Below, piece after piece: positions 21,501 through 29,813 of a stretch of 64,000 nt of DNA. Positions within the stretch are counted from its first letter, which is position 1. Each line of letters opens with the position of its first letter. Position numbers and translations under genes: made by a program. The stretch is from Myxococcota bacterium (GTDB lineage: Bacteria; Myxococcota_A; UBA9160; UBA4427), in assembly GCA_965250285.1 (NCBI GenBank), contig OZ252299.1, positions 5,152,001-5,216,000 of the forward strand, written 5' to 3'. The notes below the pieces were generated by a model that was not told the origin of the DNA, searched no databases, and saw only the letters and a list, made by a program, of their open reading frames with translations.

Positions 21501-21911
21501 CCAGGTCGAATCGCCGCGACCGAGTTGCCCAGCTGGCGGCCGATCGGGCCGCGACGGGTCCACGCCGGTCGATGGCTGCAGTTTACGGCCTGGCTCGATC
21601 CGAGCGACCATGGCGTGGCCCGGGTCGGGCTCGACGCCGCGCCTCTCGCGCCCGTCGAGTCCCCTGAGATCACGACCGCTGCGCCCGGCCGCGGTGGCCT
21701 CGTGCCCGTTCACTTCCGCTGGCGAGCGACGCCCGACGAGGTGGGCGAGCACGTCTTCACGCTGCACGCCCGCAGCGAGACCGGCCTGTCGACGCGCGTC
21801 TCTTTCCGCGTCGAAGTGCAGCCCGCACCCAGCGCGCCCCGAGCGGGTCTGAGCGCGATCTGGCTGTCCCGACTTGCGTCGTGGTTGCGCACGGCCGGCT
21901 TCGACGTCTGA
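18495..21911 (+). CDS. Secreted S8 (subtilisin-like) serine peptidase with C-terminal Ig-like and beta-propeller repeats
   Basis: Catalytic VAVVDSG, GHGSHVAG and SGTSMSAP; repeats PAIHGRRVVWQ, VSGDLVVWD, VDGRRIVWVDER; start uncertain. Confidence 0.9.
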   Translation: MSTPDLAVARRSRRAGRSSGTAFWMILLVVAASTARASEPESIIVRYAGDGPHAVEACGVALQQLGSHEPYTRDRSSSLDSLHERFDVRRVRALVGGGARAEAGLTGRRRELRRRIERAWGRAQLRAPTRPRSGRASGPGGVPAARPIHGMPAPMARSADALAHVYRIELGPGVSAREAARAYAADPHVAWAQIDFARALDQFAGPPPPWPDPFVSSSGSWGQPYADLWGFHRIGAGEAHSTSRGEGVVVAVVDSGLDLDHPDIARNVFVHPGEDLNGNGIADPEEWNGVDDDGNGYIDDLVGFDFANSIDANGDGDYVDADDVNDADPFDDRGHGSHVAGIIGAVANNGEGIAGVAPGARIMPLKGFKADGENSDALLWRAVLYAALNGAQVVNNSWSCALPCPRNPLAEEVVELVHGLGVTIVTSAGNRSRDAAVFRPENMWQTLTVGSSTVDDEPSTSFTNQGFVVDVLAPGGGPPIVAGVNVARRNILSLRSSGGNPNDEVFEVSDDYLRMSGTSMSAPQVAGVAALLYAQRPGIGPDAVRRIIRRTALDLGDPGHDWETGAGRLDAARAVAEPEAPDWVVRVTSPRVATWIDPREGRLEVRGTARGPDFARVEVSVGEGVRPESWQLIVSSTTPVDAGVLAEWRLEPEIAGAWVIRVEAVSRQGVRAREFIPVSFDRLSPQILSSEGPPAERPAIHGRRVVWQSRRGETEDRFGRLDYDLFEGAFGRELERRLVGGPGDQRDVDVSASRRGRTYAWLTQLDLDAPPRARACHVARGQDRTCLGVDLGGDRGQTQPPVAMRDGVYWLDPLPGQSSRFDLTTCRFDTPGGVCAPTPTGLAPERRGFVEGDGRGTLSWNALDDGLRIATCEVDGAGRCDEVRLPAGERAFTRPAASRGLVAWVAARFFGDRPLRACVPDEVGACEPIDILPHAEDDRVRVSGDLVVWDGHVDDQASDVFFCEFDRLRGRCPVQRLTSEGSKQDQSDVDGRRIVWVDERLGPGRIAATELPSWRPIGPRRVHAGRWLQFTAWLDPSDHGVARVGLDAAPLAPVESPEITTAAPGRGGLVPVHFRWRATPDEVGEHVFTLHARSETGLSTRVSFRVEVQPAPSAPRAGLSAIWLSRLASWLRTAGFDV

Positions 21912-22092
21912 AACCGGGTCTCTGCGTGTCTGACCGATTCGACGCCGCACATCCGGTCGCTGCAGGCCAGGCTCATCGAAGCCGTTCGCTTGGGAACGAA
22001 AGCCCCTCGGAGCGCATCTCCAGGCGAGGGCGCGGTGGTATGATCGCGGGCCATCCTGGCACCGGTCGCCCGCGACCGGAAGGAGTCCGTGG

Positions 22093-25092
22093 GTGATCCG
22101 ACTGATTGCGCTGCTTCTGACCGTGATGACGGGCTTCAGTGGTCTCGTCTACGAGGTCGCGTGGCAGAAGTACCTGGCGACGTTGCTGGGCTCGCACAGT
22201 GAGGCCACGGCTTCGGTGCTCGCGATCTTCCTGGGCGGGCTCTCAGTCGGCTATTGGCTCTTCGGGCAGGTGACGCGCCGCCACGTGGTGCGCAGCGAGG
22301 CGGCCGGCGTGCCGCCGCGGCTGCTCCTCATCTACGGATCGCTCGAGGCCGGCATCGGCGCCTACGTGATCGCGTTCCCGTGGCTCTTCAAGGCCGTGCA
22401 GGCGCTCTCGTACGCGCTGCCCTACGGCACCGGCGGCTTCGGCTTCGCCATCGATGTCCTGCTCGCGACGCTGCTGATCGGTCCGGCCTCGGTGCTGATG
22501 GGCGGCACGATCCCGATCCTCACTCAGGGTCTGGCGCGCAGCCTCGAAGACGCGACGCGGTTTCACGCATTCGTCTATGCGTTCAATACGGCCGGTGCGT
22601 TCGTTGGTGCGCTCGCCGCCGGGTTCTATCTGATCCCGGCGCTCGGTCTCGTCAACGTGATGCTTGCCATGGGCTGCATCAACCTCGTGGCCGGCGGCAT
22701 CTTCATCGCGCTCGGGGTGCGGGGCCGAGCCGTCGTCTCGCTCTCGACCGAGTCGGCGGGGGAGGGCGACAAGCTCGAGGGCTTCGCGATCTACGCCTTC
22801 GTCTCGCTGCTCTCGGGCTTTGCGATGATGACGATCCAGACGGCGATCATCCGCATTGCCGGCCTCTCGTTCGGCTCGTCGCAGTTCACGTTCTCGATGG
22901 TCGTCGCGGTCTTCGTGCTGTGCATCGCGCTCGGCAGCTTCGCGGTCTCGGCGCTCAGTCGCATTCCGACCTGGCTGATCGTCGGCAATCAGTGGCTGCT
23001 CGCGGTGCTCTTCGTCGTGCTGTATCCGCGCCTCGACGAGATGCCGCACTGGATCTGGCAGCTGCGGTTGATCTTCCGCGACATCGACGCGGCCTTTCTC
23101 GTCTACTACCTGGCCGGCTTCGTCGGCATCCTGACGCTCCTCGGCCTGCCCGTCATCCTCTCGGGTGCGGTGCTGCCGCTGCTCTTCCATCAGATGCGCA
23201 CCCAGGTCGATCACCTGGGTGACCTCGCGGGCAGTCTCTACAGCTGGAACACGGTTGGCTCGCTCTTCGGCGCACTCGTCGGGGGCTACGCGCTCTTCTA
23301 CTGGTTCGATCTGCACGAGATCATGCGGATCGCGATCTATGCGCTGCTCGCGGCCGCGCTGTTGCTCACGATTCAGATCTACGCCCTTCAGAAGGCGTGG
23401 GCCGGCCTGCTCGTGCCGCTCCTTCTCTTCATCTATCTGCTGCCGGCGTGGGATCCGACCCTGCTCTACGCGGGACTCTTTCGGCGCCGTGAGGTGATGC
23501 CGTTCGCCTTCGACGGGGTCGACTCGATTCGCGAGCAGAAGCCGAGGTGGTTCGATGACAACATCGTGTACACCGAAGACGACCCGATCACGAGCGTGAC
23601 CGTGCGCAACTGGAAGTACGGCAACATCGATTCGCTCTCGATCTCGACGAACGGCAAGTCGGACGGCGACACGTACATCGACTACACGACGATGGGGCTC
23701 GCGGCCGTGTTGCCCGCGATGTTGGCCGACGAGGCGCGCACTGCGTTCGTGATCGGCTGGGGCACCGGTGTCACGGCGGGCGAGCTGGCAGCGATGAAGT
23801 CGGTCGAGCGCGTCGACGTGGCCGAGATCTCGCCGGGCGTGATGAACGCGGCGCCGCTCTTCGACTTCGCCAACATGAACGCATCGACGCAGTCGAAGAT
23901 CGAGGTGATCGAGAGCGACGCCTATCGAGCCCTGATGCGCAGCGATGTCGACTACGACCTCGTCATCTCGGAGCCGAGCAATCCATGGGTGGCCGGTGTC
24001 GAGATGCTCTTCAGTCGCGAGTTTCTCGAAGCCGCGAAGGCGAAGCTCACGCCCGGCGGCGTCTATTGCCAGTGGTTCCACCAGTACGAGACCGACACAG
24101 AGACGGTCGAGCTCGTGATGCGGACCTACCGCGAGGTGTTCGACTACGTGGCGGTCTGGCGGGCGAACTCGTACGACTTGCTGATCATGGGCTTCAACAA
24201 GCCTGGCCCGGCCCTCGATCACTACCGCCTCGAGGCGCGCGCCGCGCAGCCCGACCTGAAGGCGGCGCTGCTGCGCTCGCGGGTTCGCAGCTTCTCGGCG
24301 TTGCTCGCGCACGAGGTGCTGCCCCTGGGCGTGCTGCACGCCGCCGACCTCTCGGGGCCGATCCATACGCTGTATCACCCGATCCTGAGCGATGCGGCGG
24401 GGCGCGCGTTCTACCGCGGTGAGCGTGGCGAGCTGCCATTCACCGGCTATGGCGAGCCGGCGCGGATCGGCCACGCGAACTCGATGACCCGGGCCTGGTT
24501 CGAGCGTTTTCAGGGCGGGCCCTCGTCGGAGGCGCTCGCCGACTACGCGGCCGAGCGGTGCACGCTCGCGCGCGAGGAGTGTCTGCCGCTCGTCGAGCAC
24601 TGGCTCGACGAGCGGCCCGGCGATCGCCGTCTCGGTCACCTGCGCGACGACCTGCTGAACGATGAGCGCATCGCCTGGCCCGATGACGGGGGCGTGGCGC
24701 AGTACCTGTGGGGCGACGGCGCGGAGATCCTCGCAGCCGGGCCGCTCCGGCCCGATCAGGCGTTTCGGTTGACCGAGACCTACATGCGGGCCTACTCGCA
24801 TGGCCTGCCGTTCTCGCCGCGGGCGCTCGAGGCGGTCTGGTCGGCGTGCAGTCGCAGCCACCGGAATCGCACGAAGTGCGAAGGGGATCTCTTGCGCGCG
24901 CAGGTCGAAGGCGCGGCCTCGTTCTCGGAAGCGGAGCTCGATGCCGCCATCGATCGGTGCGCGGCCGAGATGCCCGCATCGCGCGTCTGCGTCGACGGGC
25001 GTGTGCAGATCGGCGGCCTGCTCGAGAACGGCACCGTGCCGCCCGCACTGCTCGAGTGGCAGGAGCTCGGCTCGCACGCTGCGGGCGGCTAG
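22093..25092 (+). CDS. Fused MFS-like membrane domain / spermidine-synthase-like protein
   Basis: GFSGLVYEVAW and LYSWNTVGS TM motifs; SAM-binding IGWGTGVT, EISPGV, ESDA, ISEPSNPW; GAAGGAG RBS. Confidence 0.9.
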   Translation: MIRLIALLLTVMTGFSGLVYEVAWQKYLATLLGSHSEATASVLAIFLGGLSVGYWLFGQVTRRHVVRSEAAGVPPRLLLIYGSLEAGIGAYVIAFPWLFKAVQALSYALPYGTGGFGFAIDVLLATLLIGPASVLMGGTIPILTQGLARSLEDATRFHAFVYAFNTAGAFVGALAAGFYLIPALGLVNVMLAMGCINLVAGGIFIALGVRGRAVVSLSTESAGEGDKLEGFAIYAFVSLLSGFAMMTIQTAIIRIAGLSFGSSQFTFSMVVAVFVLCIALGSFAVSALSRIPTWLIVGNQWLLAVLFVVLYPRLDEMPHWIWQLRLIFRDIDAAFLVYYLAGFVGILTLLGLPVILSGAVLPLLFHQMRTQVDHLGDLAGSLYSWNTVGSLFGALVGGYALFYWFDLHEIMRIAIYALLAAALLLTIQIYALQKAWAGLLVPLLLFIYLLPAWDPTLLYAGLFRRREVMPFAFDGVDSIREQKPRWFDDNIVYTEDDPITSVTVRNWKYGNIDSLSISTNGKSDGDTYIDYTTMGLAAVLPAMLADEARTAFVIGWGTGVTAGELAAMKSVERVDVAEISPGVMNAAPLFDFANMNASTQSKIEVIESDAYRALMRSDVDYDLVISEPSNPWVAGVEMLFSREFLEAAKAKLTPGGVYCQWFHQYETDTETVELVMRTYREVFDYVAVWRANSYDLLIMGFNKPGPALDHYRLEARAAQPDLKAALLRSRVRSFSALLAHEVLPLGVLHAADLSGPIHTLYHPILSDAAGRAFYRGERGELPFTGYGEPARIGHANSMTRAWFERFQGGPSSEALADYAAERCTLAREECLPLVEHWLDERPGDRRLGHLRDDLLNDERIAWPDDGGVAQYLWGDGAEILAAGPLRPDQAFRLTETYMRAYSHGLPFSPRALEAVWSACSRSHRNRTKCEGDLLRAQVEGAASFSEAELDAAIDRCAAEMPASRVCVDGRVQIGGLLENGTVPPALLEWQELGSHAAGG

Positions 25093-25288
25093 AGCGATCT
25101 CTCGGGCCGCCGACCCACGGACGATGGGTCACTCGCACCCTATGCGTGATGAAACGAGGCGCTCCTCCTCACCAACTTCATGTTCGAGCGGCATCTCCTT
25201 GAGATAGGATGGGGCTGGGAGGGGGTGCGGCCGACTGGCATCGCACTTCGAGCGCGGGCCCGTGCCCGGTCGTTCGAGGGGAAAGACG

Positions 25289-26008
25289 ATGCGAGTACGC
25301 GCCGCCACGATCGGCCTTTGGGGGGCGATCGCCTTGTTGGGCTCCGGTCTCGTCGCTCCGACGGCCTCTGCCGTTTCCATCACGTTGGTGCCGACTACCC
25401 CGACGACCGTCTCTCCCGGTGAGCGCGTCGAGTTCGACATCTATCTCAGCGACGCGCCTGCGAACATCAGCGCGTTCAATGTGGGTGTCTGGTACGTCCC
25501 GGATCTGCTCGAGTACGTCCCGGAACGCTCGAGTGCGACGTCGTACATCCTCTATACCGGCGGCAAGGGCGCGGCGTATCTGGTGCCGTTCTCCGACCCG
25601 TGGAGCGCCTGGACCGGGCCGAACCCAGTCGGGCTTGCGCGTGTCGACATCGGCTACCGAGCCGTTTCGACGGGCGGGGCGGTGACGCGAGCGGGCGACG
25701 GCGTCTTCCTCGGCAACCTCTCGTTCGACTGGATCGGGTTTCGGGGAATCAGCCAAGTCGAGCTCAACTTCGTCGACCTGCTCGGGACGTGCTTCATCGT
25801 CGACGGCGTCGACATCAAGGACTCGGTCGGGGTGAACTCGATCGAAGTCGCCGTCCTCCCCGAGCCGACGACCGGGCTGCTCGTCGGGCTCGGTCTGGGC
25901 GGCCTGGGCGCCGTTTCACGTCGCCGTCGTGCGCTGCGCGTGCGCGATGCGCGAAGTGCGATCGCTCGGCAGAGCACACGAGCTTCATTCGAGGAGCGAC
26001 TTCGATGA
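25289..26008 (+). CDS. PEP-CTERM protein, cohesin-like domain (paralog 2)
   Basis: Signal peptide; YILYTGGKGAAYL; LPEP-TM-RRRR with an extended tail; stop overlaps the next ATG. Confidence 0.88.
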   Translation: MRVRAATIGLWGAIALLGSGLVAPTASAVSITLVPTTPTTVSPGERVEFDIYLSDAPANISAFNVGVWYVPDLLEYVPERSSATSYILYTGGKGAAYLVPFSDPWSAWTGPNPVGLARVDIGYRAVSTGGAVTRAGDGVFLGNLSFDWIGFRGISQVELNFVDLLGTCFIVDGVDIKDSVGVNSIEVAVLPEPTTGLLVGLGLGGLGAVSRRRRALRVRDARSAIARQSTRASFEERLR

Positions 26009-26649
26009 GCATGTATGTCATTCACTTCGTGGCGCTCCTGGCGTTCGTGCTCAGCGCGAGTACGAGCCACGCCGCCGCCATCCGACTCGCTCCGACGACG
26101 CCCACGTTGGGTGTGAACGTCGGCGATGTGATCGACTTCGATCTCTTTCTCGATACGCCCGCCGGGCTCCAGGTCTTCGGTGTGGCGGTGCTGTACGACC
26201 CCGACGTCATTCGGTACGAACCGAGTCGATCAGATGCCGTCTCGTACATCCTGTACACGGGTGGCAAGGGCGCGTCGTATCTGGTGCCCGACGAGGATCC
26301 GTGGTTCGTGTGGAGAGGTTTCGTCCCGCCCGGCCTCGAGCAGGTGAACGTCGTCTTCATCGATCATGCGTTCTCGAACCCGGATTCGACGGGCGGCGCG
26401 GCAGGAACCGATGTCTTTCTCGGCAACATCGCGTTCTCCCTGATCGCCCAGGATACGACCCTCGTCGAGCTGAACTTCGTGGATGTCGGCGGCACGGTGT
26501 TTTTTCTCGATGGAGAAGACATCGAGGAGACCGTCGAGGTCAACGCGTTCGAGGTGGGTTGGGTGCCCGAGCCGACGACGGCCTTGCTCGTCGGCTTGGG
26601 GCTCGCGGGCCTCGGGGTCCGGCGAAGGCGGTGGGCTCGCGACGCCTAG
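26005..26649 (+). CDS. PEP-CTERM protein, cohesin-like domain (paralog 3)
   Basis: GAGGAG RBS, ATGA overlap; YDPDVIRY; YILYTGGKGASYL; VPEP-TM-RRRR. Confidence 0.9.
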   Translation: MSMYVIHFVALLAFVLSASTSHAAAIRLAPTTPTLGVNVGDVIDFDLFLDTPAGLQVFGVAVLYDPDVIRYEPSRSDAVSYILYTGGKGASYLVPDEDPWFVWRGFVPPGLEQVNVVFIDHAFSNPDSTGGAAGTDVFLGNIAFSLIAQDTTLVELNFVDVGGTVFFLDGEDIEETVEVNAFEVGWVPEPTTALLVGLGLAGLGVRRRRWARDA

Positions 26650-26730
26650 GTTCACCCGCATCGGTCGCGCCCGACTCCACCGATCTGTGCGCGGTCGCCC
26701 GATCCGACGCAGCGTAAAAGGAGACTCCGC

Positions 26731-27393
26731 ATGAAATTCCGACCGGCTTGGCTCACTCTGCTCGCCATCGTCGCCGCTTGGGCCCCGGTTGGCTCCGCAG
26801 ATGCGGCATCACTTCTCCTGGAGCCCACGACTCCGACGCTCGGTATCGATGTGGGCGATGTCATCGACTTCGACCTCATCCTCGACTCGCCCGAGGGTCT
26901 GCAGATCATGGGTGCGGCGTTGCTCTTCGATCCCAGCGTGGTCCGGTACGAGCCAGAACGGAGCGACGCCACCGACTACGTGCTGTACACCGGAGGCAAG
27001 GGAGCCACGTATCTGGTCCCCCAATCTGATCCCTGGTCCGTGTGGTCGGGCAGAGCGCCGCCGGGGCGCACGCAGCTCGAGATCGTGCTCATCGAGCACG
27101 CCTTGCTGAACCCGCGCGCCCAGGTGATCCCGGCAGGCACGGGCACCGATCTGGGGAACGTCGCGTTCACGCTTCTGACGCAGGACACCACGATCGTCGA
27201 GATCACGTTCGTGAAGACGACGGGCACGGTCTTCGATGTCAATGGGACCGACCTCGAGGAGACCGTCGAGGTGAACGCGTTCGAGGTCGGCTGGGTGCCC
27301 GAACCGACGACGGCCTTGCTGGTCGGGGTCGGGCTCGGTGGGATGGCCTTGTTCGGGCGTGGGCGTGGGCGTCCGCGTCGCTACGGGATGTAG
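26731..27393 (+). CDS. PEP-CTERM protein, cohesin-like domain (paralog 4)
   Basis: AAGGAG RBS; FDPSVVRY; YVLYTGGKGATYL; VPEP-TM-basic tail. Confidence 0.9.
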   Translation: MKFRPAWLTLLAIVAAWAPVGSADAASLLLEPTTPTLGIDVGDVIDFDLILDSPEGLQIMGAALLFDPSVVRYEPERSDATDYVLYTGGKGATYLVPQSDPWSVWSGRAPPGRTQLEIVLIEHALLNPRAQVIPAGTGTDLGNVAFTLLTQDTTIVEITFVKTTGTVFDVNGTDLEETVEVNAFEVGWVPEPTTALLVGVGLGGMALFGRGRGRPRRYGM

Positions 27394-28928
27394 CCGAGCG
27401 AGCGCAGCTGCTCGATCTCTTCTTCGCTCAGCTCGACTTCGCTGCCGGTGTCGGCTTCGTCGCCGAAGCCGTCGTAGCGCTCGCGCATCTCGTCGGCCAG
27501 GCGTGAGGCGATCGCCGGCATCTCGTCGAAGAGGTCGTTCTCTTCGCGCGGATCGACCGACAGGTCGTAGAGCTCGAATCGCCCCGACTTCTTGTCGTGG
27601 ACCATCTTCCAGTTGTCACGACGCAGGGCCCGTCGCACGGGGAACTGGCCCGGCGCGACCGACTCCCAGCTGAGCCCGCCCGGCGCCTCGCCGTAGATGG
27701 GCCGCTGTCGGTAGGGCGTGTCGTCCTGGCCCTCGATCAGCGGCACGAGGCTGAGCCCCTCGGCGTCGTCGCGCTGGGGCAGGCCCGCGAGCTCGAGCAC
27801 CGTCGGCACCAGATCGACGTGTGAGACCGGCGCCTCGATGCGCTGCCCGGCCGGGATGCCTTGGCCGTGCAGGATCAGCGGGACGTGCAGCACCTCCTGG
27901 TACGCCGACAGGAAGTGATCGACGAACCCGTGCTCGCCGAACCCCTCGCCGTGATCCGACGTCAGGATGATCAAGGTGTCGTCGCTGTATCCCTCTTTGC
28001 GAAGCCACGCCAGCAGTCGGCTGAGCTCGGTGTCCATCTGGCGAATGCCCGCGTCGTAGAGATCCCGCAGCCGCTCGAAGTCGCGCTCTTCGAAGACGGG
28101 CTGGACGAAGTCGGGCGAGCTCAGGATCTTCGACCGCGTCTCTTCGATGCCGAACGTGCACACGTCGGGTTGGAAGTTCTCGCGGCAGAGCGTGATGTAC
28201 TCGGGCTCGAGGTTCGAGAGCTGCAGCTGCCACGCCGTGCCGTCGGCGATGCCGTCGAACGACTCGGCCACGAAGAGCTCTTCGAACTCGGCCTCCGACG
28301 TGTAGTCGGCGTGAACGTCGAAGTAGTGGATGAAGAGGAAGAGCGGGGCGCCGGCCTTCTGCGCCTCGGTGATCCACTCGGTGGCCTGATCGGTGATCAG
28401 CTTGCTCGGTGCGCGCCGGTCGGAGTCGGTGCGCACGTACTTGTACTGCTTGAAATCCTTGGTGACCTTGAACGTGTCCTTGGCGAGCCACGGCGCAGCC
28501 ACGACGGCCGCGGTCTCCCAGCCCTTCTCGGCGAGCATGTGGGGCAGGGTTTCGCGTGCGGGGCTCAGCTGGGCCGTGATCTTGCTGGCGCCGTGCGTGC
28601 GCGGATAAACGCCGGTCAGCATCGTCGAGTGCGACGGGAGCGTCCATGGCGACGCGCTGTTCGCCTGGTCGAAGACCGTGCCTTCGAGCCCGAGTACGTC
28701 GATGGTCGGCGATGTGAAGCGGTCGTAGCCGTAGAGACCGAGATGGTCGGCGCGCAGCGTGTCGATCGAGATCAGGATGATGATGCGTGGGATCGCGCGG
28801 TCGGCTGCCGGCTCTGCATCGGCCGACGTCTCGCCGCTCGGCGTCGAAGACCCATCACTGCACGACACAGCGCCCCCGAGCGCGAGGGCGCCCAGTGTCA
28901 GGGCCAGACCGCGTAGGATCGACTTCAT
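27381..28928 (-). CDS. Sulfatase-like hydrolase/transferase lipoprotein (Thr at nucleophile position)
   Basis: Lipobox AVSC; ISIDTLRADH; SPWTLPSHSTMLTG; TSDHGE; VPLI; ELYDL..DPRE; C-terminal LRSLGY. Confidence 0.9.
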   Translation of the reverse strand: MKSILRGLALTLGALALGGAVSCSDGSSTPSGETSADAEPAADRAIPRIIILISIDTLRADHLGLYGYDRFTSPTIDVLGLEGTVFDQANSASPWTLPSHSTMLTGVYPRTHGASKITAQLSPARETLPHMLAEKGWETAAVVAAPWLAKDTFKVTKDFKQYKYVRTDSDRRAPSKLITDQATEWITEAQKAGAPLFLFIHYFDVHADYTSEAEFEELFVAESFDGIADGTAWQLQLSNLEPEYITLCRENFQPDVCTFGIEETRSKILSSPDFVQPVFEERDFERLRDLYDAGIRQMDTELSRLLAWLRKEGYSDDTLIILTSDHGEGFGEHGFVDHFLSAYQEVLHVPLILHGQGIPAGQRIEAPVSHVDLVPTVLELAGLPQRDDAEGLSLVPLIEGQDDTPYRQRPIYGEAPGGLSWESVAPGQFPVRRALRRDNWKMVHDKKSGRFELYDLSVDPREENDLFDEMPAIASRLADEMRERYDGFGDEADTGSEVELSEEEIEQLRSLGYIP

Positions 28929-29014
28929 CGTGCTTCCTCGAGGCGCGGGCCCGGGCCGCCGGCAGGGGGTGCGATTGCGCGCGAAGCGTGTCGCGGCGCC
29001 ATCGGCCTCCCCCC

Positions 29015-29047
29015 AAACGAAAGCCCCCGCCGAATCGACGGGGGCTT
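29015..29047 (-). terminator. Rho-independent terminator downstream of PEP-CTERM paralog 5
   Basis: Minus strand AAGCCCCCGTCG-ATT-CGGCGGGGGCTT then TCGTTT. Confidence 0.7.
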
Positions 29048-29094
29048 GATCGTGCGAACCCGGATCCTCGTGGGATCCGGTGCGGAACGTTGGC

Positions 29095-29742
29095 TCAGCT
29101 GCGCGTGCGCCGGCGTGCGATGACGCCAACCGCACCGAGCGCACCGAGCGCCAGAGCAGCTGCGCCGGGCTCGGGGACCGTGATGGCCGTGTCGGTCACG
29201 TTGAACACGACGTCGCCCGAGAGGTCGCTGCCGTCGACGTTGAACGTGTTGCCGCCGTTGCCGAACTCGAAGAGCAGCTGACCCGAGCCGGGCTCGCGCG
29301 CATTGAACGTCACCTCGCCGAGGAGCGCGTTCGAATCCGTGGCCCCATTCGGGGAGAGGGCGCTATCGATGAACGTGATGTTCACCTGCTGGCGACCCGG
29401 AGGCAGGAAGCCCGTCCAGAAAACGAAGGGATCGGAAGCGGGGTAGAGGTACGTGGCGCCCTTGCCGCCCGTGTACAGGATGTAGTCGGTCGCGTCGGAG
29501 GTCACCCGGTTGTAGCCGATGACGGCCGGGTCGTACGTGGCCGAAAACGCGAACGTCACGATGTTCGAAGGCACCGCCGTCTGCGTGTCGAGGAAGACCT
29601 CGTACGTGATCTGATCGCCCACCTGAGCGGACGTGGGATCGGGCGAGCCCGACTTGAGCGACACGCGGATCTCGTAGGCGCTGGCGGCGCTCGCCGCGAG
29701 CAGCAGAGCAAGGGTGGCAATCGTGGCAGTCAAAAGGCGCAT
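29095..29742 (-). CDS. PEP-CTERM protein, cohesin-like domain (paralog 5)
   Basis: GAGGAG RBS; signal peptide; VGDQITYEVFLD...YDPAVIGY...LLGEVTFNAREPG; YILYTGGKGATYL; VPEP-TM-RRRTRS. Confidence 0.9.
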   Translation of the reverse strand: MRLLTATIATLALLLAASAASAYEIRVSLKSGSPDPTSAQVGDQITYEVFLDTQTAVPSNIVTFAFSATYDPAVIGYNRVTSDATDYILYTGGKGATYLYPASDPFVFWTGFLPPGRQQVNITFIDSALSPNGATDSNALLGEVTFNAREPGSGQLLFEFGNGGNTFNVDGSDLSGDVVFNVTDTAITVPEPGAAALALGALGAVGVIARRRTRS

Positions 29743-29813
29743 TGGGTGCGTCTCCTCGATTCTCGAACGGGCCGAGAGGCCCGCGATGATCGGTGGGCTC
29801 GGTGGCGTGAGGG

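Noticed and set aside
25236..25250. TGGCATCGCACTTCG as a sigma54 promoter for paralogs 2-4
   Set aside because: The -12 position reads CG, not GC, so the GG-N10-GC rule is not met.
17426..29484. Repeated TACATCCTGTACACGGGCGGCAAGGGC-like DNA as a CRISPR repeat or DGR template/variable repeat
   Set aside because: Copies are in-frame within paralogous genes, irregularly spaced and differ at synonymous positions rather than at adenines. No cas or reverse transcriptase gene is present.
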